Origin: a virus
Taxonomy: Duplodnaviria; Heunggongvirae; Uroviricota; Caudoviricetes
Direction: 5' to 3' (one strand)
Length of the DNA: 13,925 nucleotides
Virus record (IMG/VR): IMGVR_UViG_2684623077_000006
Both the position numbers and the translations under genes were made by a program. This document shows positions 7,192 to 13,925 of the stretch, piece by piece. Positions within the stretch are counted from its first letter, which is position 1. Every line of letters starts with the position of its first letter. Under the pieces are notes generated by a model. The model did not search any database and had not been told where the DNA came from. It saw nothing but the letters and a program-made list of their open reading frames with translations.

Positions 7192-7280
7192 GCCTGCATC
7201 GGTGTGCATTTCTTTTTGTTCTCGTACCGTGAGTCTTGCCGCGTCCTGGTGTTTTCCTCTTTGCATCAGGACTTTTTTTT

Positions 7281-8450
7281 ATGCCGAGAATTATCGAATT
7301 GCGCCAGCAGAAAACCGCCATCAAAAATCAGATGCGCGACATGCTGGAGAACGCGGAAAAAGAAAACCGCAGCCTTAACGACGCCGAGGGCGCAAAATTT
7401 GACGAATTACGCGCTAAAGCTGAATCCCTCGATAAAGACATTTCCCGCCTTGAAGCCGTTGCCGACGAAGAGCGCAGCAAGCCAGGTAAAGCCAGCCAGA
7501 CCACTGACCCCGCAGAACTTCGCAACTACATCGTAACGGGTGACGTTCGCTCATTATCCACCACCACCAACGGCGGCAAGGACGGTGGTTATACCGTTAT
7601 CCCTGAGCTTGATCGCGAGGTTATGCGGTTACTGAGTGATGAAAGCGTCATGCGAATGATTGCGACGGTGAAACCGGCGAAATCAAACGAATACCAGAAA
7701 CTGGTTTCCACAGGTGGCGCAACGGTGGGGCGTGGCACTGAGGGCAACAAGCGAACCGAAACAGAAACCCCGAAAGTTGAGCGCGTAAGCATCAAACTTA
7801 ACCCGATCTATGCCTACCCGAAAACCACGCAGGAAATCCTGGATTTTTCAGAAGTGGATGTGCTGGGCTGGTTATCGTCTGAAATCGCCGACACGTTCGC
7901 CACGACCGAAGAAGATGATTTTGTAAATGGTGACGGTACTGGCAAGCCGAAGGGTTTCCTGAATTACACCCGTGATACCAACAACGACAAAGCCCGCGCC
8001 TTTGGCACCATTGAAAAAATGGTTACAACAACCGACGCCATTACAGCGGACGAACTGATCGACATCCTCTACAAGCTGAAAGCGAAATACCGTAAGAACG
8101 CCGTATGGGTGATGAACTCGAGTACAGCGGCAGCATTGCAGAAGCTGAAAAACCAGAGCGGTGATTACGTATGGCGTGACAGCCTCAAAGAGGGCGCACC
8201 TGACACATTGCTGGGCCGTCCTGTTTATTACCTGGAAAGTATGCCGGACATCGGCAAAGGCAAAACGCCGCTGGCTGTCGGTGACTTTAAGCGCGGTTAT
8301 TTCATCGTTGACCATGAAACGGGGATCCGTACCCGACCGGACAACATTACAGAGCCGGGTTTCTACAAGGTACACACGGACAAATACATCGGCGGCGGGG
8401 TTGTTGACTCCCGCGCGATAAAAGTCCTCGAGATGAAAAACGGCGGTTAA
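7281..8450 (+). CDS. Major capsid protein, HK97 family (389 aa from ATG 7281)
   Basis: N-terminal coiled-coil delta-like region (ELRQQKTAIKNQMRDMLENAEKENRSLNDAEGAKFDELRAKAESLDKDISRLEAV) and HK97-fold body (GDGTGKPKGFL, VWVMNSSTAAALQKL, LLGRPVYYLESMP). ATG is preceded by a T8 run, not an SD; the TTG at 7236 from the ORF track is rejected. Confidence 0.9.
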   Translation: MPRIIELRQQKTAIKNQMRDMLENAEKENRSLNDAEGAKFDELRAKAESLDKDISRLEAVADEERSKPGKASQTTDPAELRNYIVTGDVRSLSTTTNGGKDGGYTVIPELDREVMRLLSDESVMRMIATVKPAKSNEYQKLVSTGGATVGRGTEGNKRTETETPKVERVSIKLNPIYAYPKTTQEILDFSEVDVLGWLSSEIADTFATTEEDDFVNGDGTGKPKGFLNYTRDTNNDKARAFGTIEKMVTTTDAITADELIDILYKLKAKYRKNAVWVMNSSTAAALQKLKNQSGDYVWRDSLKEGAPDTLLGRPVYYLESMPDIGKGKTPLAVGDFKRGYFIVDHETGIRTRPDNITEPGFYKVHTDKYIGGGVVDSRAIKVLEMKNGG

Positions 8451-8454
8451 CAGA

Positions 8455-8485
8455 AAAAGGGGCTAAAAAGCCCCTTTGGTGTTTT
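8455..8485 (+). terminator. Hairpin terminator/attenuator directly after the capsid gene
   Basis: Stem aaaggggct / agccccttt with loop aaaa, then ggtgtttt; A-run upstream and T-run downstream make it potentially bidirectional. Confidence 0.6.
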
Positions 8486-9061
8486 ATGGGTGAAAAAAAT
8501 ATGAAAAAGAGCATGGAAATCCGGTCATCAGAAATCACCACCAGCGGAGCCAGTACGCTGACGGGTTACGTTGTTCGCTGGAATAACCTTTCTGATCTGC
8601 TATGGGGTGAGTTTTACGAAAAATTCCAGCGGGGGGCGTTCAGTGAGTGGCTGGCGGCGGGTAATGACGTTCGCGGCCTGTATGAGCATGACCACAGCAT
8701 GTTACTGGGGCGCACCCGTTCCGGCACGCTGAAACTGGAAGAGGACGACACAGGGTTACGCTTTGAACTGACCCCACCGGATACCAGCACAGGGCGGGAC
8801 GTTATCGAACTGGTTAAACGTGGTGATATATCCGGCATGAGCTTTGGCTTTCGTTCCCGTAAGGATGTATGGGATACCACAACAGATCCATGCGTGCGCA
8901 CCGTGCTGGTGGCGGAACTGTACGAAATTACCGTTACATCCGTACCGGCTTACCCTGATTCCGGCGTGGATCTGGCCCGCCGTTCCCTGTATGAGCAGCA
9001 CCCCGAAAAAATGCCACGCGCGGATAATCGCCGCTGGTGGGCGGATTTAGCGGGGGTGTGA
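8486..9061 (+). CDS. Prohead maturation protease, HK97 family
   Basis: LYEHDHSMLLGRTRSGTLKLEEDDTGLRFEL...GDISGMSFGF...ELYEITVTSVPAYP matches the HK97 prohead protease pattern. Start could be ATG 8486, 8501 or 8513. Confidence 0.85.
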   Translation: MGEKNMKKSMEIRSSEITTSGASTLTGYVVRWNNLSDLLWGEFYEKFQRGAFSEWLAAGNDVRGLYEHDHSMLLGRTRSGTLKLEEDDTGLRFELTPPDTSTGRDVIELVKRGDISGMSFGFRSRKDVWDTTTDPCVRTVLVAELYEITVTSVPAYPDSGVDLARRSLYEQHPEKMPRADNRRWWADLAGV

Positions 9062-9062
9062 T

Positions 9063-10277
9063 ATGTGGCCTTTCAGACGAAAACAAGAGCATCGCAGCCT
9101 TACGCTGGATGAATTTATGGCGCTGGCTGGCACATCGAACACGGGGGCGGGTGAGTACGTATCATCGGGGACAGCGGAATCACTCCCCGCCGTCATGAAC
9201 GCCGTCACGGTCATCTCTGAGGCGGTGGCTACTATGCCATGCTACCTGTACCTGGTACGCAATGAGAAGGGGAAGGAGGCCCGCGAGTGGCTTGATTCTC
9301 ATCCGGTCGATCATATCCTCAACGAGCGCCCGAACGCGTGGCAGACGCCCTATCAGTTTAAGCGAATGATGGTCCGCCACTGCCTGTTAAACGGTAATGC
9401 TTATGCGGTGATTCAGTGGGGGCGTGATGGTTTTCCGGTGGCTTTGCACCCTTACCCGCCGCAGTCGGTGAATGTTGAGCAGACAGGGGAACATAACTGG
9501 CGTTACCGCATCACTGACGCTTACAGCGGAAACACCCGCAACTATTTACCGTGGGAGGTTCTCCACCTTCGTTACTCCACGGATGACGGCTTTATGGGGC
9601 GCTCACCTGTGACCATCTGCCGCGAATCGCTGGGGCTTGGGCTGGCCCAACAGCGCCACGGCGCGAGCGTGATGCGTGATGGCATGATGGCAGCAGGGGT
9701 TATCACGTCAGGCGAATGGCTGGACGGCGTGAAGGGCAAACAGGCATTAGCCGCACTGGAACGCTACAAAGGAGCCAGAAACGCCGGAAAAACGCCCATT
9801 CTTGAAGGGGGTATGAGCTATCAGCAGCTTGGCATGAGTAACCAGGATGCTGAATGGCTGGCCTCCCGTCGCTTCACCATTGAAGACATCGCCCGAATGT
9901 TCAACGTCTCGCCGATTTTTCTGCAGGAATACAGCAACAGCACCTACAGCAATTTCAGCGAGGCAAGCCGCGCGTTTCTGACCATGACGATGCGCCCGTG
10001 GCTGGCGAACTTTGAGCAGCAGATAAAAAATGCTTTGCTGGTGGCCTCGCCTGTACCTGGTATCCGGTATCAGGTGGAGTTTGACAGCGCGGACCTGTTA
10101 CGGGCCACACCTGGCGAACGCTTTGCCACCTATGAACGCGGCATCAAGTCCGGCGTTATGTGCCCGAACGAAGCCCGCGAACGTGAGGGATTATCGCCGC
10201 GTGATGGTGGCGATGAGTTCAGCCAGGCCTGGAAACAGGAGATCGAAGTAAAGGACGATAAAGAGGGCAAATCATGA
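9063..10277 (+). CDS. Portal protein, HK97 family (404 aa)
   Basis: Size and portal-like features; start overlaps the protease stop; GGGGGT SD. Confidence 0.85.
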   Translation: MWPFRRKQEHRSLTLDEFMALAGTSNTGAGEYVSSGTAESLPAVMNAVTVISEAVATMPCYLYLVRNEKGKEAREWLDSHPVDHILNERPNAWQTPYQFKRMMVRHCLLNGNAYAVIQWGRDGFPVALHPYPPQSVNVEQTGEHNWRYRITDAYSGNTRNYLPWEVLHLRYSTDDGFMGRSPVTICRESLGLGLAQQRHGASVMRDGMMAAGVITSGEWLDGVKGKQALAALERYKGARNAGKTPILEGGMSYQQLGMSNQDAEWLASRRFTIEDIARMFNVSPIFLQEYSNSTYSNFSEASRAFLTMTMRPWLANFEQQIKNALLVASPVPGIRYQVEFDSADLLRATPGERFATYERGIKSGVMCPNEAREREGLSPRDGGDEFSQAWKQEIEVKDDKEGKS

Positions 10278-10612
10278 GAGCGGGGAGCATGAGGGATCGC
10301 ATTGTCATCATGAGCGCGAAACTTTCCCGCCTCCCTTCCGGTGCAATGAAAAGCACATGGGAGGATGTTGCCACCGTATGGGCGGAGGTGAAAGGGATCA
10401 GCGGACGGGAACGCATGACCGCAGGTGCAGAAACGGCACAGGCAACCGTAAGAGTCTGGATCCGTTTTCGTGGGGATGTTACGGCATCCAGCCGGATACG
10501 GGTACTCACGGGGGCTTATTCCGGCAATGAGCTTGATATTGTTGGCCCCCCCGTTCCCGACGGTAAAAGGACTCGTCTGGAAATTCTTTGTAAAACAGGT
10601 GCGCCACGATGA
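10274..10612 (+). CDS. Head closure / head-tail adaptor protein (SPP1 gp16-like family)
   Basis: 112-aa protein with the DRIVI...WEDVATVWAEVKGISGRE...VRVWIRFRGDVT pattern; ATGA overlap with the portal stop. Confidence 0.7.
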   Translation: MRAGSMRDRIVIMSAKLSRLPSGAMKSTWEDVATVWAEVKGISGRERMTAGAETAQATVRVWIRFRGDVTASSRIRVLTGAYSGNELDIVGPPVPDGKRTRLEILCKTGAPR

Positions 10613-10905
10613 CAGCAGAATTAATCACCCTGGAAGAAGTGAAACTCCATTGCCGCATTGATGGCAATGAGGAAGACCAGTTAATCAGCGGATACATCGC
10701 CGCCGCGCTTGAGGTGTGCCAGAAACACATCGGCAGGCGCTTTGATGACGGGCTGGAGTTCACGCCAGCCATAAAGATTGGCTGCATGATGTACGTGTCG
10801 CAACTGTACGAATACAGGGCCACGGTCGGGGATGCAGACACAAAAGAAATCCCGCTGGCTGTAGGGATGCTCTGGTCGGTTTATCGTGATGTGGGGGTGT
10901 ACTGA
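10609..10905 (+). CDS. Head-tail connector protein, gp6-like
   Basis: 98-aa protein beginning MTAELITLEEVKLHCRIDGNEEDQLISGYIAAALEVCQKHIGRRF; ATGA overlap with the previous gene. Confidence 0.7.
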   Translation: MTAELITLEEVKLHCRIDGNEEDQLISGYIAAALEVCQKHIGRRFDDGLEFTPAIKIGCMMYVSQLYEYRATVGDADTKEIPLAVGMLWSVYRDVGVY

Positions 10906-11345
10906 TGCCGTGGCAACCATTAAGGCGATGCACTGAGCCGGGCTGTAATAAGCGCGTGAAGTCCGGCAAGTGTGAAGAGCACAGGCGGGCTGCATGGCGT
11001 GCAGAGGATGCCAGACGGGGACACCGCCGCGCACGTGGGTATTCCCGACAGTGGGACAAATACCGCGCCATGTACCTGAAAAAAAATCCGTTATGTGTGC
11101 GTTGTCTGGCTGAGGGTATTTATACGCCAGCCTTTGTGGTGGATCACATTATCCCCATCAATGGTGGCGGTGATGTTCTCTTCTGGCCTGAGTGGAATCA
11201 CCAGGCATTGTGCCAGACGTGCCACAACCGTAAGACGACGCGGGAAGATCCCGCCACGAAAGCAAACCGTAAAGCGGGCATGTATCGCGAGCAGGAAGAA
11301 CGGGCGGCACACCGTAACGACTGGATGTATGGCGATGATGACTGA
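10905..11345 (+). CDS. HNH endonuclease (packaging-associated)
   Basis: CxxPGC and CxxC Zn-finger-like motifs plus the HNH core DHIIPINGGGDVLFWPEWNHQALCQTCHNRKT; positioned just upstream of the terminase genes as in HK97-like cos packaging modules. Confidence 0.85.
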   Translation: MPWQPLRRCTEPGCNKRVKSGKCEEHRRAAWRAEDARRGHRRARGYSRQWDKYRAMYLKKNPLCVRCLAEGIYTPAFVVDHIIPINGGGDVLFWPEWNHQALCQTCHNRKTTREDPATKANRKAGMYREQEERAAHRNDWMYGDDD

Positions 11346-11514
11346 ACAGGAACAAAACAGGCTGATTCGTGGACTGATAAGGCAGCATGACGCATGGAAG
11401 ACACAGGAGACAGGGCACAAAGCCAACAGGACAGGGCGCACAGAACGCACCACCGCGAAGCGATTAACCGACCGTGACCGCGAGGTCATGGAATGTTTTC
11501 GCAATCGCTGGTGA
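11335..11514 (+). CDS. Hypothetical small basic protein (59 aa)
   Basis: ORF MMTEQEQNRLIRGLIRQHDAWKTQETGHKANRTGRTERTTAKRLTDRDREVMECFRNRW overlapping the HNH stop; start could be 11329, 11335 or 11338. Confidence 0.35.
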   Translation: MMTEQEQNRLIRGLIRQHDAWKTQETGHKANRTGRTERTTAKRLTDRDREVMECFRNRW

Positions 11515-11633
11515 GGCCGTCAGAGGGGGTGGGGGTGGTTTTCAGGACGAAACCGTCCCTGCCGGACACCGACCGCCTCCCCAAATTTTTATGCACGGGA
11601 ATTTTTTGAAAAATAATCTGACGAAAAATAAGC
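11515..11633. other. Structured G-rich intergenic region upstream of terS, candidate cos/packaging recognition region
   Basis: G-runs (agagggggtgggggtgg), hairpin ggacg-aaac-cgtcc, a C-rich partner (ccgcctcccc), then an A/T-rich tract before the terS ATG. Confidence 0.25.
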
Positions 11634-11990
11634 ATGGCAAGACCACCGAAAGCCCCCGCCTACCTGGATGATATCGCCGTGAAGCAGTGGCGGGAAAAAT
11701 CGCGGCAGCTTGCGGAACGGGGAGACCTGACCCCCGCCGACTGGAGCAATCTGGAACTGTATTGCGTCAACTACTCCATTTACCGGAAAGCCGTTGCAGA
11801 CCTTGCGGCGCGCGGGTTCAGCATTGTTAACAGTCAGGGCGGCGAGAGCAGAAACCCCGCATTAAGCGCAAAATCCGACGCTGAAAGAGTGATGATAAAA
11901 ATGGCCTCCTTGCTCGGTTTTGACCCGATAAGCCGCCGTAAAAATCCACCGGAAACAGAAGAAGAGGACGAGCTTGACCGCCTGGAATAA
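11634..11990 (+). CDS. terS: Terminase small subunit, P27 family
   Basis: 118-aa protein with the LDDIAVKQWREKSRQLAERGDLTPADWSNLELYCVNYSIYRKAV...NPALSAKSDAERVMIKMASLLGFDPISRRK pattern. Confidence 0.8.
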   Translation: MARPPKAPAYLDDIAVKQWREKSRQLAERGDLTPADWSNLELYCVNYSIYRKAVADLAARGFSIVNSQGGESRNPALSAKSDAERVMIKMASLLGFDPISRRKNPPETEEEDELDRLE

Positions 11991-13635
11991 GTACGCAGAA
12001 GACGTAAAAACGGGCAAAATTCCGGCCTGTAAACGGCTGAAACAGGCCGTTAAACGGTACTTTTCGGACCTTGAAAGCCCCCTTTACACGTTCGATCGTG
12101 AGGTTGTGGAGCGGTTTATTGCCTTTTCCAGGGTGTGCGCGCACGTAAAAGGGCCGATGCGTGGCAGACCCATTGAGCTGGAGCCGTGGCAGCAGTTCGC
12201 CTTTGCGTGCATCCTCGGCTTTAAGGTTAAGGCCACCGGACGGCGCAAATACACGAGCGCCTTTATCGAAGTGCCGCGCAAAAATGCGAAATCCACGACC
12301 GCCGCGATTCTGGCTAACTGGTTTCTGATTATGGAGAACGGTCAGCAGGATATCTACACCGCAGCGGTGAGCCGTGACCAGGCGCGGATCGTCTTTGATG
12401 ATGCGCGTCAGATGTGCCTTTTATCCCGACCGTTACGCAGGCGGGTGAATATTCAGGCGCATAAGGTGATACACCCGAAAACCAACAGCCTGTTAAAGCC
12501 ACTGGCAGCAAAAGCGGCAACCATTGAGGGGACAAACCCGAGTCTTGCCATTGTGGATGAATATCACCTGCACCCAGACAACGGGGTTTATTCCGCACTT
12601 GATATGGGGATGGGCGCACGTCCCGAAGGGCTGTTATTTGCCATTACCACATCGGGCAGTAACGTCGTTTCAGCCTGTAAGCAGCACTATGATTATTGCT
12701 GCCAGATCCTGGACGGCGAAGAGGTCAACGATTCAATTTTTGTACTGATTTACGAACTGGACGACGAAAACGAGGTTGATGATCCGGCGATGTGGATAAA
12801 GGCTAACCCTAACATCGATGTTTCCGTCGATCGTGAAAAACTGGCCTCAACCATCCAGAAAGCGCGGGGTATTCCGTCGCAATGGGTGGAAATGCTCACC
12901 AAGCGATTCAATATCTGGTGTCAGGGGGCTACGCCGTGGATGGGTAACGGTGCATGGGCGGAGTGTGCCGGAACGTTCGCGGAGGCGGATTTATACGGGC
13001 AGGAGTGCTACGCGGGGCTGGACTTATCATCAACCAGCGATATTTCCAGCGTGTGCTATGCCTTCCCGGTCGGTAAAAAGATTATGCTGGTTTCCCGTCA
13101 CTATCTGCCGGAATTTCAGCTACAGAATCCCGCCAATAAAAACCGCGCCATCTATCGCCAGTGGGTAAAGGCGGGCTGGATACGCACAACACCGGGTGAC
13201 TGCATTGATTATGACCGTATCCGTGATGACATCATGGCGGATGCAGAGAATTTCAATATCAGGCTGGTGGGCTTCGATACATGGAACGCCACGCACCTGA
13301 GGACGCAGTTACAGGGCGCAGGATTTGAGGTGGAGCCGTTCCCGCAAACCTACCTCAGATTCAGTCCGGCGGCGAAATCGTTCGAAGTTTTTGTTAACCG
13401 GAAGGTGATTGTGCATCGTGGTGATCCGGTGCTGGCCTGGTCAATGAGTAATGTTGTGATGCAGAGTGACGCGAACGCCAATATCAAGCCGAACAAGAAA
13501 AAATCATCCAACAAGATAGACCCGAGCGTTGCGGCGCTGATGGCGTTTGGCACATTCCAGGCAGAGCACGAGGACTTTGCATTCGATATGAGCGACAGCC
13601 ACAAAGAGCGGCTTGCGGCGTTTGATGGGGTATGA
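11974..13635 (+). CDS. terL: Terminase large subunit (HK97-like Terminase_1 family)
   Basis: 553-aa protein with ATPase Walker A-like FIEVPRKNAKSTTAA, Walker B-like LAIVDEYH and a C-terminal nuclease region (VGFDTWNA). Apparent TTG start at 11974 with GAAGAGGA SD, overlapping the terS 3' end; the first in-frame ATG is about 60 codons in. Confidence 0.9.
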   Translation: MTAWNKYAEDVKTGKIPACKRLKQAVKRYFSDLESPLYTFDREVVERFIAFSRVCAHVKGPMRGRPIELEPWQQFAFACILGFKVKATGRRKYTSAFIEVPRKNAKSTTAAILANWFLIMENGQQDIYTAAVSRDQARIVFDDARQMCLLSRPLRRRVNIQAHKVIHPKTNSLLKPLAAKAATIEGTNPSLAIVDEYHLHPDNGVYSALDMGMGARPEGLLFAITTSGSNVVSACKQHYDYCCQILDGEEVNDSIFVLIYELDDENEVDDPAMWIKANPNIDVSVDREKLASTIQKARGIPSQWVEMLTKRFNIWCQGATPWMGNGAWAECAGTFAEADLYGQECYAGLDLSSTSDISSVCYAFPVGKKIMLVSRHYLPEFQLQNPANKNRAIYRQWVKAGWIRTTPGDCIDYDRIRDDIMADAENFNIRLVGFDTWNATHLRTQLQGAGFEVEPFPQTYLRFSPAAKSFEVFVNRKVIVHRGDPVLAWSMSNVVMQSDANANIKPNKKKSSNKIDPSVAALMAFGTFQAEHEDFAFDMSDSHKERLAAFDGV

Positions 13636-13925
13636 CGAGAATGAGCGAAACCGAACTACTAAAAATAATCCGCCGTGTTACCGGAGCCAGCCAGACAGCA
13701 GACAAACAGGAGGCCACGCAGCCGGACAGCGTGATAGCCGAAAATTACGCGCGTGTGGTGGCTGAGGTGATGCGCCGTGACGGTATTGAGCTTAACGGCG
13801 TGGATATGCGCAACATACGAACCAGAGTCCTTGAGTTGCTGGCATACCGTCGCCGTTCTCAACAACGGAGGGAGAGCGCGAAAAATACTTATCAGTGGAA
13901 GAAGCCGGAACGGTTGCGGCGGTAA
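13632..13925 (+). CDS. Hypothetical protein (94-97 aa) downstream of terL
   Basis: ORF overlapping the terL stop (ATGA); alternative ATG at 13641; ends with TAA exactly at the window end. Confidence 0.5.
   Translation: MTRMSETELLKIIRRVTGASQTADKQEATQPDSVIAENYARVVAEVMRRDGIELNGVDMRNIRTRVLELLAYRRRSQQRRESAKNTYQWKKPERLRR

Larger units (their letters stand above)
1..13925 (+). mobile_element. Integrative phage satellite (capsid-forming PICI-like island): integrase, AlpA, primase-ori, head and packaging genes, no tail or lysis genes
   Basis: Gene content and order read from the ORF translations; all confident genes co-directional; integrase starts at base 1, so the att site and left boundary are outside the window. 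Confidence 0.7.

Noticed and set aside
7052-7536. Plus-strand ORFs 7052..7378 and 7060..7536 across the intergenic region and the capsid 5' end
   Set aside because: They begin in the structured non-coding region, are out of frame with the capsid gene, and have low-complexity translations; the capsid frame from ATG 7281 explains the coding signal.
7872-8375. 167-aa minus-strand ORF inside the major capsid gene
   Set aside because: Antisense shadow of the capsid gene; no independent support.
1-13925. Defence or toxin system (restriction-modification, abortive infection, toxin-antitoxin, CRISPR-Cas) embedded in the island
   Set aside because: No ORF shows nuclease, methyltransferase, ATPase, kinase or toxin-like features beyond the packaging HNH and terminase. 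The minus-strand RHH-like cassette is the only loose candidate and its partner does not resemble a known toxin.
1-13925. Complete HK97-like prophage
   Set aside because: No tail, tape-measure, baseplate, holin or endolysin genes are present; the integrase/AlpA/primase/iteron module is satellite-like rather than phage-like.

Overview
The window reads as a nearly complete integrated phage satellite of the capsid-forming PICI type (a phage-inducible chromosomal island that makes its own capsid), with every confident gene on the + strand. From 5' to 3': a P4-type tyrosine integrase starting at base 1, an AT-rich regulatory region, an AlpA-family regulator, a short counter-oriented two-ORF cassette, tandem Icd-like paralogs, a P4-family primase/helicase followed by an iteron-rich origin, a small accessory block (hypothetical, SSB, PerC-like, hypothetical), and an HK97-type head and packaging module (major capsid, prohead protease, portal, head closure, gp6-like connector, HNH endonuclease, P27-family small terminase, large terminase). 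No tail, baseplate, lysis or tRNA genes are visible, and no attachment site lies inside the window. Calls rest on reading the ORF translations and the nucleotide sequence by eye; no homology or HMM search was run, so family names are recognition-based. I did not find an obvious defence or toxin system; the satellite itself and its small unassigned genes are the most interesting content.
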